Origin: Thermoanaerobaculia bacterium | Lineage (GTDB): Bacteria > Acidobacteriota > Thermoanaerobaculia > Multivoradales > Multivoraceae | DNA length: 64,000 bases | NCBI GenBank assembly: GCA_963666565.1 | Contig: OY762911.1 | Location: 928,001-992,000, forward strand | Direction: 5' to 3' | Shown here: positions 50,652 through 60,298 of the stretch, piece after piece | Layout of the letters: every line of letters begins with the position of its first letter | Position numbering within the stretch: position 1 is the first letter of the stretch | Program-made: the position numbers and the translations under genes | The notes under the pieces: model-generated | What the model was told of the DNA's origin: nothing | The model's input: the letters and a program-made list of their open reading frames with translations, nothing else | Database searches by the model: none

Positions 50652-53600
50652 ATGGGACCCCTGGAGAGACTGCTCCGCTTGTCGCTGCGCCACCGCCTGC
50701 TGGTGGTCGCGGCGGCGGCGGTGCTCACCGTCGTCGGGGCGGCGTGGATCCTGAACCTGCCGGTGGACATCTTCCCCGACCTCTCGGCCCCCACGGTGAC
50801 CGTGATCACCGAGGCGCCGGGAAAGGCCGCCGAGGAGGTCGAGCTTCTCGTGACTTATGCGGTCGAGTCCGCGATCAACGGATCGCCGGGCGTGCGGCGG
50901 CTGCGTTCCATCTCGGCCGACGGCATCTCGGTGGCCTGGGTCGAGTTCGACTGGGGCACCGACATCTACCGGGCACGCCAAGTCGTGAACGAGCGGCTGC
51001 AGCGCGTCGACCTGCCGGCGCAGGCGGAGAGGCCGGAGCTCGGGCCGATCTCCTCGATCATGGGCGAGATCACCTTCATCGCGATGACCTCGGCGCCGGT
51101 CGAGGACGGCGGCGTCGACGCGATGGAACTGCGCCGCGTCGCCGAGACGGTCGTCCGCCGCAACCTGTTGTCGATCCCCGGGGTCTCGCAAGTCGTGCCC
51201 ATCGGCGGCGAACGGCGGCAGCTTCAGGTCACGGTGCGGCCGACCGCCCTGGCCCAGAACGGCCTGCCGCTCGCGGACGTCATCGACGCCGTGGCCAGGT
51301 CCAGCCGCAGCCTCGCCGCCGGCTTCCACGTGGAGGCCGGCGAGGAGCACATCGTGCGCGTCCGCAGCCGCGCCCGGACGCCGGGCGAAGTCGCCGCGTC
51401 CGTCGTGCGGGTCGATGGCGGCATTCCGCTGCGGGTCGGCGACGTGGCCGAGGTCGAGTGGGGGCCTGCCCCGGCGCGCGGGACCGGCTCCTACCGCAAC
51501 CGCCCGGCGGTCATCCTGTCGGTGCAGAAGCAGCCGGGGGCCAACACGCTGGAGCTCACCCGGACGATCGACGGCGCCCTCGCCCGGCTGCAGACGGTGC
51601 TCCCCGCGGGCGTCGTGCTCGAGAGCGAGAACTTCCGCCAGGCCGACTTCATCGAGGTGGCGATCGGCAACGTCGCCGAGGCGCTGCGCGACGGGGCGAT
51701 CCTCGTCATCGTCATCCTGGCGCTGTTTCTGGGGAGCGTCCGCACCACGTTCATCTCGGCGTTCGCGATCCCGCTGTCGCTCGTTGCCGGGGTTCTCGCG
51801 ATCGCGGCCTTCGGGCTGCAGATCGACACGATGACGCTCGGCGGCCTGTCGATCGCCATCGGGCTGCTGGTGGACGACGCGATCATCGCGATCGAGAACA
51901 TCTTCCGGCGGATGCGGGACGAGCGCGGCCTGCCGGAGGGCGAGCGCCGCCCGGCCGAAGAGGTCGTGGCGGCTGCGACGCGGGAGGTGCTGAGCCCGAT
52001 TCTGCTGGCGACCCTGATCGTCGTCCTGGTCTTCGTGCCGATCTTCTTCCTGCCGGGGCTGGAGGGCCGCCTGCTGCGGCCGCTCGGCTTCGCCTTCATC
52101 GCGGCGCTCGCCGCGTCGCTGATGGTGGCGCTGACGGTGACGCCGGTGCTCGCCGTGCTGTTCCTGGGCCGGGCGCGGGCGCTCCGGGCGCGGCCGCCGT
52201 GGCTGCTGCGCGCCTTCCGGTCGGCCTACGCGCCGACCCTCGACTGGTGCCTCTCGCATCGCTGGGCGGTGCTCGGTTCGGCGGCCGCGCTGGTGATGGT
52301 CGCGGTCGCGCTGCTGCCGGGGTTGGGCCGCAGCTTCCTGCCGGCCTTCAACGAGGGATCGCTGACCGTCACGGTGGTGAGCCCGCCCGGCATCCCGCTG
52401 GCGGAGAGCGACCGGCTGGGCAGCCGGGTCGAGGAGGCGCTGCTCGCGTTCCCGGAGGTCGTCTCGACCAGCCGGCGCACCGGCCGCGCCGAACGGGACG
52501 AGCACGTCCAGGGGGTGAACGCCTCGGAGATGGAGGTCGTGCTGGCGCCGCTCGAAGACGGTCGCTCCAAGGACGAACTGGTCGCCGGGATGCGGCAGGC
52601 CGTGGCCGGAATTCCGGCGGTGACCGTCTCGTTCGGGCAGCCGATCAGCCACCGGATCGACCACATGATCTCGGGCTCGCGGACGAACCTGGCGGTGAAA
52701 GTCGAGGGACCCGACCTCGCGGTGCTGCGGACGCTGGCAGCGCGGATCGAGCAGGTGCTGGCCACCGTGCCCGGCATCGTCGATCTCTCGAACGAGGAGC
52801 AGTCGCCGGTGCCGCAGATGGTGGTCGACTTCGACCGCGCGGCGATGGCCCGCTACGGCTTGAGCCTGGCCGACGCGGGCGAGGCGGTCGAGGCGCTGTT
52901 CCAGGGCGTCGTCGTCGGCGAGATCGTGGAGGAGGGTCTGGCGTCCGACATCGCCGTCCGCCTGCCGCCGGATCTTCGGGCCGAGCCGGACAAGGTGGCG
53001 GCGCTGCCGGTCTCGACGCCGCGCGGGGACCTCGTCCGCCTGGGCGCCGTCGCTGGCGTGCGGCACGCCCTCGGCCCGTCGCTCATCCGGCGGGAGAACG
53101 CCCAGCGGGTGGCGATGGTGACCGCCAACGTCGCCGGCGCCGACCTGGTCGGCACGGTGGAGCGGGCCCAGGCCGCGCTCGACGCCGAGATCGACCTGCC
53201 GGCCGGCTACCTGGTGACCTTCGGCGGGCAGTTCGAGGAGGCCGGCCGCCGCCTGTACACGATGGGCCTGCTCGTCGCGCTCATCCTGGCGGGCATGTAC
53301 GGGCTGCTCTACCTGGAGTTCGGCAGCCACCGCGACACCCTGGCGATGCTCGTCAACGTGCCGCTCGCCCTGGTCGGCGGCGTGGTCGCGGTGGCGCTGG
53401 GCGGCGGCGTGCTGTCGCTGGCGACGGTGGTCGGCTTCGTCACCCTGTTCGGGATCGCGACCCGCAACGGCGTGCTGCTGGTGAGCAACTACCGGCGGCT
53501 GCTCGCCGCGGGGCTGCCGCTGGACGAAGCCGTGCGGCGCGGCTCGGAGGAGCGCATGGCGCCCATCCTGATGACCGCGCTGACGGCCGGCCTGGCGCTG

Positions 53601-53738
53601 GTGCCGCTGGTGCTGGGCGCCGGCGAGCCCGGCAACGAGATCCTGAGCCCGATGGCCCAGGTCATCCTCGGCGGCCTGCTGACGTCGACGTTCCTGAACC
53701 TGGTGGTCGTGCCCGTGCTCTACGCTAGGCGGTCATGA
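50652..53738 (+). CDS. CzcA/CusA-family heavy-metal RND permease
   Basis: LPVDIFPD, AIGLLVDDAI, FLPAFNEG, GIATRNG, PILMTA. Confidence 0.93.
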   Translation: MGPLERLLRLSLRHRLLVVAAAAVLTVVGAAWILNLPVDIFPDLSAPTVTVITEAPGKAAEEVELLVTYAVESAINGSPGVRRLRSISADGISVAWVEFDWGTDIYRARQVVNERLQRVDLPAQAERPELGPISSIMGEITFIAMTSAPVEDGGVDAMELRRVAETVVRRNLLSIPGVSQVVPIGGERRQLQVTVRPTALAQNGLPLADVIDAVARSSRSLAAGFHVEAGEEHIVRVRSRARTPGEVAASVVRVDGGIPLRVGDVAEVEWGPAPARGTGSYRNRPAVILSVQKQPGANTLELTRTIDGALARLQTVLPAGVVLESENFRQADFIEVAIGNVAEALRDGAILVIVILALFLGSVRTTFISAFAIPLSLVAGVLAIAAFGLQIDTMTLGGLSIAIGLLVDDAIIAIENIFRRMRDERGLPEGERRPAEEVVAAATREVLSPILLATLIVVLVFVPIFFLPGLEGRLLRPLGFAFIAALAASLMVALTVTPVLAVLFLGRARALRARPPWLLRAFRSAYAPTLDWCLSHRWAVLGSAAALVMVAVALLPGLGRSFLPAFNEGSLTVTVVSPPGIPLAESDRLGSRVEEALLAFPEVVSTSRRTGRAERDEHVQGVNASEMEVVLAPLEDGRSKDELVAGMRQAVAGIPAVTVSFGQPISHRIDHMISGSRTNLAVKVEGPDLAVLRTLAARIEQVLATVPGIVDLSNEEQSPVPQMVVDFDRAAMARYGLSLADAGEAVEALFQGVVVGEIVEEGLASDIAVRLPPDLRAEPDKVAALPVSTPRGDLVRLGAVAGVRHALGPSLIRRENAQRVAMVTANVAGADLVGTVERAQAALDAEIDLPAGYLVTFGGQFEEAGRRLYTMGLLVALILAGMYGLLYLEFGSHRDTLAMLVNVPLALVGGVVAVALGGGVLSLATVVGFVTLFGIATRNGVLLVSNYRRLLAAGLPLDEAVRRGSEERMAPILMTALTAGLALVPLVLGAGEPGNEILSPMAQVILGGLLTSTFLNLVVVPVLYARRS

Positions 53739-55504
53739 GTCGCTTGGTCCGCTTCGCCGCTGTTCTCGCCCTTCCCCTGCTCCTCGCCTGCAGCGGGGAG
53801 ATCTCCCGCGACGCCTCCGCCGACGCCGCCCTCATCGCCGCCGCCGGCGACGAGTACCTCGACTTCGTCGCCGCCCGCGACCCCTACCTCAAGTTCCGGC
53901 GCGGCGAGCGGGTGGAGTCCTTCCCGGACTCGACCCTCGAAGCCGCCGAAGTCGACGCCGCCTTCGCCCGGGATCTCCTCGATCGGCTGGCCGCCATCGA
54001 CGAAGAGGCGATCGACCACGAGGACTGGCTTTCGCTCGAACTCCTGCGCTGGAACCTCGGCATGCTGGTCGAAGCGCCGAAGCACTACTGGGCCGACTTC
54101 AACGTCACCCCCTACGCGGGCGGCGGCTTCGTCCTGAACATCCTTCACCAGGTGCTCGGCGCCGCTCCGGTCGCGACCGACGAGGACCGCGCGCACTATC
54201 TCCACCTGCTCGGCGAGTACGCCCAGGCCATCGGCCAACTCGCCGACAAGGTGGCCGGGCAGAAGGAGCGCGGCATCTACCTGCCGAAGGCGCAGGTTCC
54301 CGCCGTCGCTGGGATGTTCGAGGGCTACCGCGGCCGGCTCGACGAGCTGTTCGTGCCTGCCGCCGACCGCGCCGGCGACGGGGCCGGCGACTTCCTGGCC
54401 CAGGTCCGCGAGGCGGTCGAGACCGCGGTCGACCCGCAGTTCGCCCGCCTGATCGCCGAGCTCGGCGACGACTACCTGGATTCGGCGCCGGAGCAGGTCG
54501 GTCTGGGCGCCGTGCCCGGCGGCCGCGAGCTCTACGTCCACCGCGTGCGGATGCACACGACGACAAACCTCACGCCGGAGGAGATCCACCAGCTCGGCCT
54601 CGACGAAGTCGCGCGCCTCGAAGCGGAATTGGCGGCGCTGCGCGAGGAGATCGGCTTCAAGGCCGCGTCCGAAGAGACCGCAATGAAGGAGTTCCTCGAC
54701 CAGGTCCGCGCCGACCCGCGCTTCATCGCGGCGTCGCCCGAGGAGGTCGAGGAGCGCTACATGGGCTACATCGAGAAGATCGAGCCGCACGTGGCCGACT
54801 ACTTCAGCGTGTTGCCCGAAGCGCCCTACGGCGTCCGCCGGCTCGATGAGACCTCCGAGGCGACGATGACCTTCGGCGTCTACCAGCTACCGACCTCCGT
54901 CAACCCGCGGGGCGAGTATCGCTACAACGGCTCCGACCTCGAGAACCGCTCCCTGTTCTCGGCTCAGGGGCTGATCTACCACGAGCTGATCCCCGGCCAT
55001 CACTTCCAGCTCGCCCTGGCCAACGAGCGCGAGGACCTGCCCCGCTTCCGCCGCGAGACGATCGGCTACGGCGCCTTCACCGAGGGCTGGGCCGAGTACG
55101 CCGCCAACCTCGGCAAGGAGATGGGCGTCTACGAGAACGCCTACGACCTGTACGGCCGCCTGGTGATGGAGATGTTCATCTCCTGCCGCCTGGTGCTCGA
55201 TACCGGCATGAACTACTTCGGCTGGGACATCGAGCGCGCCCGCGAGTACATGAGCGCGCGGGTCGTCTACTCCGACGTCGAGGTCGCCACCGAACTCCTG
55301 CGCTACTCCGCCGACATCCACGGCCAGGCGCTGGCCTACCGCATCGGCAACCTGGAGATCGCCCGACTCCGGGCGAAAGCCGAAGAAGCCCTCGGGGAGA
55401 AGTTCGACATCAAGGCCTTCCACGCCGCCGTCATCGGTAGCGGCGCCATGCCGATGGTCGTGCTGGAAGAGCACATCGACTGGTGGATCGACCAGCAGGA
55501 GTAA
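53735..55504 (+). CDS. DUF885 family lipoprotein
   Basis: LLAC lipobox, HELIPGHHFQ, EGWAEYA, RLVLDTG, GQALAY. Confidence 0.9.
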   Translation: MSRLVRFAAVLALPLLLACSGEISRDASADAALIAAAGDEYLDFVAARDPYLKFRRGERVESFPDSTLEAAEVDAAFARDLLDRLAAIDEEAIDHEDWLSLELLRWNLGMLVEAPKHYWADFNVTPYAGGGFVLNILHQVLGAAPVATDEDRAHYLHLLGEYAQAIGQLADKVAGQKERGIYLPKAQVPAVAGMFEGYRGRLDELFVPAADRAGDGAGDFLAQVREAVETAVDPQFARLIAELGDDYLDSAPEQVGLGAVPGGRELYVHRVRMHTTTNLTPEEIHQLGLDEVARLEAELAALREEIGFKAASEETAMKEFLDQVRADPRFIAASPEEVEERYMGYIEKIEPHVADYFSVLPEAPYGVRRLDETSEATMTFGVYQLPTSVNPRGEYRYNGSDLENRSLFSAQGLIYHELIPGHHFQLALANEREDLPRFRRETIGYGAFTEGWAEYAANLGKEMGVYENAYDLYGRLVMEMFISCRLVLDTGMNYFGWDIERAREYMSARVVYSDVEVATELLRYSADIHGQALAYRIGNLEIARLRAKAEEALGEKFDIKAFHAAVIGSGAMPMVVLEEHIDWWIDQQE

Positions 55505-55522
55505 GCCGCCGGGCGCGCTCCG

Positions 55523-55600
55523 CTGGGTGCGCGGGTCTTCCGACCCGCTTGCCGCCGAAGGCGGCCAGGAGAATCGTCGCCGGCCTTTGGCCGGCGGCCC
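55523..55600 (+). repeat. REP-like copy with REPIN spacer hairpin
   Basis: Consensus with GAA loop, then CGTCGCCGGCCTTTGGCCGGCGGCC. Confidence 0.9.
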
Positions 55601-55675
55601 TTCCTGGTCCTGGGCGCCATCAAGCCATGGCCCCGGATACGATTTGGCGCGACCCTCGGCATTCGAGGACAGGCA

Positions 55676-55915
55676 ATGAAGTTGCACTACTACCACGACG
55701 CGGACAGCCTCTACGTGGAGTTCAGGCACGAACCGAGCGCAGAAACCCGGGAGATTGCCGACGGTCTGCGACTCCACCGCCTGCGCGCGGCCGACGCGCT
55801 GCAGTTGGCGGCGGCGCTCATGGCGGCCTCGGAGGATCCGTCCGCCCTTGAGTTCGTGGTCAGCGACGAACGACTTTCGCAGGCAGCGCGGGCGGAGGGC
55901 TTCCGCGTCCGCTGA
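55676..55915 (+). pseudogene. Chimeric ORF: DUF2283-like N-terminus fused to a PIN/VapC-like C-terminus
   Basis: MKLHYY.DADSLYVEF....AETREIADG joined to LRAADALQLAAAL..FV.SD.RL..AARAEGF. Confidence 0.7.
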
Positions 55916-55956
55916 TGGGGCGGCGTAGGCCGTCCTCGGCGTTGGCGCCCCATCCC

Positions 55957-56034
55957 ATGTCCGACAACCACACGCAGCGCATCGTCGACAAGGTGTGGAG
56001 CTTCGCGCACCTGCTCCGCGACGGGAGGCGGTAG
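55957..56034 (+). pseudogene. N-terminal fragment of a type I RM HsdM subunit
   Basis: MSDNHTQRIVDKVWSFAHLLRDG then stop; resembles the EcoKI-type LVAKLW..LRDG start. Confidence 0.6.
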
Positions 56035-56071
56035 TCTGTACGGCACCGCTACCGAAGAGGGAGGACTTGCC

Positions 56072-56887
56072 ATGCGCCGACCCGGAATCCCCGTCACCAT
56101 CTTCGCCACGTTCGTCGCCTTCATCGCCTTCCCGGCGTGCCAGACCGACACTGCCGGCGAGGCGGCCGCCGAAGGCGAGATGGACGCCGAGCACGAAGAA
56201 AGCGCGGGCGACGGCGAGGTCCACTGGTCCTACGAAGGCGACACCGGTCCCGCCATGTGGGGCTCCCTCGACCCGTCCTTCGCGGCCTGCGACGACGGCA
56301 CGCGGCAGTCGCCCGTGGACATCGCCGGGGCGGTGGCCGGCGGCGAGAGCGAACTCGAGATCCGCTGGCAGGCCGGCGACGCCGAGGTAGTCGACAACGG
56401 CCACACCATCGTGGTCAACGTGGCGGAGGGAAGCGCGATCAGTCTGGAGGGACGGGAGTTCGCGCTGCTGCAGTTCCACTTCCACCATCCCAGTGAGCAC
56501 ACGGTGGAGGGAAGCGCAGCCCCGATCGACATCCACTTCGTGCACGCGGCCGCGGAGGGCGACCTGGCGGTGATCGGAGTGTTCCTGGAGGCGGGCGAAG
56601 CCGATCCGACCATCCAGAGCATCTGGGATGCGATTCCTTCCGCCGGCGAGTCGCCCGGAGCACTGGCCGCGTTCGATCCGCGAGCGTTGCTGCCGGAGGG
56701 AGGCAGCCACTACCGCTATCCCGGTTCACTGACCACGCCGGGCTGCTCGGAGATCGTCAGTTGGGTGGTGATGGCCGAGTCGATCGCGGTTTCCCAGGAG
56801 CAGGTCGAGGCGTTCGCGGCCATCTATCCGATGAACGCGCGCCCGGTGCAGCCGCTGAACGAACGGACGATCGAACGGAAGGACTGA
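56072..56887 (+). CDS. Alpha-class carbonic anhydrase, lipoprotein
   Basis: WSYEG, QSPVDI, NGHT, QFHFH.PSEH, GSLTTP.CSE.V.W, NARPVQPLN. Confidence 0.92.
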   Translation: MRRPGIPVTIFATFVAFIAFPACQTDTAGEAAAEGEMDAEHEESAGDGEVHWSYEGDTGPAMWGSLDPSFAACDDGTRQSPVDIAGAVAGGESELEIRWQAGDAEVVDNGHTIVVNVAEGSAISLEGREFALLQFHFHHPSEHTVEGSAAPIDIHFVHAAAEGDLAVIGVFLEAGEADPTIQSIWDAIPSAGESPGALAAFDPRALLPEGGSHYRYPGSLTTPGCSEIVSWVVMAESIAVSQEQVEAFAAIYPMNARPVQPLNERTIERKD

Positions 56888-56902
56888 GCCGTTCGTTCGG
56901 CT

Positions 56903-58168
56903 TCACGCGCCGCTGTCCCGGTCGCGTTCTTCGCGAACGGTCCGGGTGCTGTCCACGCTTGAGGGAAGCCGTCGCCGCATCGTCGCGGCGCCGGCGGCGA
57001 AGTCGCCTCCGCCGACCACTTCGTCCTCCCAGAGGCACTCCAGGAAACGCTCCCACGGCAGAATCCAGATCCCGTCGTCCGTGCGTCTGACCGCGTCCTC
57101 GTTGCAGACGACGATGGCGGTCCGCGGACAGTGCTCCTCGACGAACGCTCGCAGGCCCTTGAGGTCCGCTCGCCGCACTCGGCTGGCGCCCTTGACTTCG
57201 AGCGCCACTTCCCCGTCGCGGCCCAGGACGAAGTCGCACTCGCGACCGGACCTCGTGCGCCAGAACCGGATGGGGAAGTCGCGCTCGCGGTAGGAGCGGT
57301 AGGCCAGCAACTCCATCAGGACGAAGTGTTCCAGGGCGCGCCCGAACTCGGGTCCCGCGGCCTTCTCGATGCGCCGGCCCGCGATGTGGTTCGCGACGCC
57401 CACGTCGAACAGGTAGAACTTCGGCGCGGCGGTGATCACGGATCGCGAAGGCCGCCGGCTGAAGGGCTCGACGAGCACGCCGAGCAGCGTGTCGACCAGG
57501 ATTTGGAAGTACTCCTTGACGGTCTTCGAACTGACGCCGCAGTCCCGCGCGACGTTGCTGTAGTTCAGCATCTCGCCGTTGCAGAACGCGAGCGCCTCGA
57601 AGAACCGCGAGAACGCGGGGGCGTTGCGGGTCAGTCCCTCGTCGAACACCTCCTCCTTGAGGTAGTCGTCCACGTACCCGGCCAGCGCTCGGCGATGGTG
57701 CGCCGAGTCGTAGTGCTCGGGGACGAGCCCGCGGTTCAGGGCCGCCAGCAGGTCGAAGTCGGGGATCTCGCGCCAAGTCAGCGGATGAAGCGCGAAGCGC
57801 CAAGCGCGGCCGCCGAGGAGGTTGGCGCTTCCGCGCTTCAGTTTGCGGGCGCTGGAGCCGCACAGGACGAAGCTGAGGCGTTCGCTCTCGATGAGTCGAT
57901 GCACTTCGTCGAGGAGCGCGGGCGCCTTCTGGACCTCGTCGATCAGGATCGGCAACTTGCGCCTGGCGCCCTCGGCCGCCGCGATGCGTTCGCCGAGGGT
58001 CCAGGGCGCGCGGGTGAACTCGAGCATCAGGCGCGTGTCGAGCAGGTCGAAGCGAATCGACTCCGGGAACTGCTGCTGGAGCAGCGTGGACTTTCCGGTC
58101 TTCCTGGCGCCCCAGAGGAAGGCCGACTGGCCGCGCGGCAGTTCGATCCTGAGTTCGCGGGGATACAC
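56903..58168 (-). CDS. ATP-binding protein (AAA_14 plus DUF4143)
   Basis: GARKTGKS, IDEVQK, GSSAR, KFYLFDVG, FWRT..E.DF..EVK. Confidence 0.88.
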   Translation of the reverse strand: MYPRELRIELPRGQSAFLWGARKTGKSTLLQQQFPESIRFDLLDTRLMLEFTRAPWTLGERIAAAEGARRKLPILIDEVQKAPALLDEVHRLIESERLSFVLCGSSARKLKRGSANLLGGRAWRFALHPLTWREIPDFDLLAALNRGLVPEHYDSAHHRRALAGYVDDYLKEEVFDEGLTRNAPAFSRFFEALAFCNGEMLNYSNVARDCGVSSKTVKEYFQILVDTLLGVLVEPFSRRPSRSVITAAPKFYLFDVGVANHIAGRRIEKAAGPEFGRALEHFVLMELLAYRSYRERDFPIRFWRTRSGRECDFVLGRDGEVALEVKGASRVRRADLKGLRAFVEEHCPRTAIVVCNEDAVRRTDDGIWILPWERFLECLWEDEVVGGGDFAAGAATMRRRLPSSVDSTRTVREERDRDSGA

Positions 58169-58453
58169 GGTGGTGGGGTCTCCGATCTCGGAGTGTACTC
58201 CGAAATAGTCGAACTATCTCGGAGTTCGCTCCGGGAACGGAGGAGGTGCGGGATAACTGCCCACCGCGTGGGCGATGATCGCCCACGCGATGGGCGATCA
58301 TCAGCGAACGTTGTGAGAGTAGCCTTCGGGCCAATGAGAGCGCTCCTCTTCACCCTGCCCCGCGGTCTGGACGTGGAGAGCTTCGAGTCGCTCGGCCGGG
58401 AGTCGGGTCGCGGCACGCCGATCGGGGGAGTTGTTGTTGCGATCCGGCGCTAG

Positions 58454-60201
58454 CCCGCATGTTTCACCGATGCGGCGTTCGCGTCGGGTTTTGAGCTGAG
58501 GAAGGCGTTTTGGCGTTGGCCGGAGGCTCTCGCTGGGCTTGGGCGTCGCAGGCGGGTTCGAGTCGGCGTACGGAAGCGTCGCAGGCGGCTGCGGCGGCGC
58601 GGCTGGGCGATCTTCGGACGCACTTCGGCCGGGTGTCGATGCAAGGCGTGTTGTTGTGGGGTCCGATTCCGAGTCGGGTTTCAGGCCGGCGGGTGGTAGA
58701 GGGGTTTTCGTTGGAGGTTTGCCAAGGCCTGGGCGAAGTCGTTCTGCCAGGGGAAGGCGTCGGACAGGTGGATCCAGATGCGGCGGTGGGTGATGCGCAC
58801 TCTGGCGGCGACCTTGAGCAGGTGGAGGCGCAGAGTGCCGCACTGGAGGCGGGCCTTGCCGGTATCCGCGAGAGCGAGCCGTCGCACGGCGGCGAGCAGG
58901 ACGTAGGCGAAGGAGGAGAAGTAGAGGCGCAGTTGATTGGCGGCCATGGTGGCGCTCGAGGTGCGGTCGGCGAAGAGGTCGAGTTGCTGCTCCTTGATGC
59001 GGTTTTCCATGTCTCCGCGGGCGCAGTAGAGCTGCTCGTAGAGCGGCTGCTTGCCGGCGCGGCTCCTCCGCAGACTGGACACGACGAAGCGGGGATTCGC
59101 GCCCTTCGCGAGCCACTCCGCCTTGCCCACCACTCGCCTCTTGCGAGACCACGAAGTGTCGGTCCGGTAGCGGAACTCACGGAACCGGCGCGACGCCTTG
59201 CCGGTCGCATGGAAGCGCCGCCGCGACTTCTGAAGCGGTCGCCCAATCCGCCTCACAAGACGGCGATTCCTTGCCACGCCGAACACGAAGCCGATCCCCT
59301 GCCTCTCGCACCAGGCCATGATCCGCTCCCGGCAGAAGCCCGAGTCGCCGCGCAGGACGATTCGCACCTCCGGCCAAGCCTCCCGAATCCGGGCGACGAT
59401 CGGCGTCAACTCCCGGATCGTGCCCGCGCTGCCATCCTGATTCGACCGCCGCAGCCGCGCCAGCAGCAGGTGCTCGCCACAGAACGCGTACAGAGGCATG
59501 TAGCAGTACGTACCGTAGTAGCCGTGGAAGAACCGGCCCTCCTGAGCCCCGTGCAAAGGATCGTCGGTCGCATCGAGGTCCAGCACGATCTCCGCGGGCG
59601 CCTCCTCGTGAGCCTCCAGAAACAGGTCCACCAACAGACGATCCAACGCCTTCGTGTCTGCCGGGATCCGCTTGTAGCGGTCGCCCGCCGCCTTGCCCGG
59701 ACGAGACAACTCCAGCCGATTCAACGCCGATGCGCTCGCCAGCGGACGACCCTTGTCCCGCGTCCGACGACGATCCGCGCCCGTGATGTCCGACTTGCCC
59801 ACCAGCAACGCCATGAACGCGTCCCGGCGAAGCTGGTTGTGGTCATTCAGGTCCTCGTAGCCCAGAGCCAGACCGTAGACCCGCTGAGCCACCAGATCAC
59901 GCACCGTGTGCTCGACCGCCGAGGGATTCCGGTAGTCCCGAAAACACGACGCCATCCGCTCCAGAAGACCGAGGCGAGCCTCCGTCTCCCGAAGCAGCAC
60001 GCCGCCGCCCTCAGACGTCAACTGGCCGCCGTCGAAACGAACCGTCACCCGACGGCGACCGTGGCGACCAAACTCAAGCTGCGACGGAGTACACTCTGTG
60101 ATCACGGGCCTCGCTCCTGCGGATCCTCCAAATGTCTGATACCACTTGGATTATCTGCCGGAAGAGGCCCGATCTCAAATCACCCCCGTGAGATATGCGG
60201 G
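58454..60201 (-). mobile_element. IS1380-family insertion sequence
   Basis: Terminal inverted repeats CCCGCATGTTTCAC / CCCGCATATCTCAC, flanked by CTAG on both sides. Confidence 0.88.
58681..60105 (-). CDS. IS1380-family DDE transposase
   Basis: FDGG.LTS.GG, GYEDLND, LDLDATDD.LHG.QEG, RGDSGF, YCARGDMENRIKE, ANQLRL. Confidence 0.95.
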   Translation of the reverse strand: MITECTPSQLEFGRHGRRRVTVRFDGGQLTSEGGGVLLRETEARLGLLERMASCFRDYRNPSAVEHTVRDLVAQRVYGLALGYEDLNDHNQLRRDAFMALLVGKSDITGADRRRTRDKGRPLASASALNRLELSRPGKAAGDRYKRIPADTKALDRLLVDLFLEAHEEAPAEIVLDLDATDDPLHGAQEGRFFHGYYGTYCYMPLYAFCGEHLLLARLRRSNQDGSAGTIRELTPIVARIREAWPEVRIVLRGDSGFCRERIMAWCERQGIGFVFGVARNRRLVRRIGRPLQKSRRRFHATGKASRRFREFRYRTDTSWSRKRRVVGKAEWLAKGANPRFVVSSLRRSRAGKQPLYEQLYCARGDMENRIKEQQLDLFADRTSSATMAANQLRLYFSSFAYVLLAAVRRLALADTGKARLQCGTLRLHLLKVAARVRITHRRIWIHLSDAFPWQNDFAQALANLQRKPLYHPPA

Positions 60202-60243
60202 CTAGGCGCGGCAGAAGCGGCACGGAGCACTTCGGCTCTGCGA

Positions 60244-60269
60244 CTGGGTGCGCCGGCGCCCCCGCCGGC
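60244..60269 (+). repeat. REP-like copy, stem variant GCCGGCG/CGCCGGC
   Basis: CTGGGTGC-GCCGGCG-CCCC-CGCCGGC. Confidence 0.8.
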
Positions 60270-60298
60270 TTCTGGACTTCCGCCGCGCTAGATCAGCC

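Noticed and set aside
47834-53728. Very long antisense or alternate-frame ORFs (e.g. 991, 932 and 994 aa over the czc genes; many others window-wide)
   Set aside because: These are shadow ORFs of high-GC genes, Arg/Pro/Gly-rich with no recognisable motifs.
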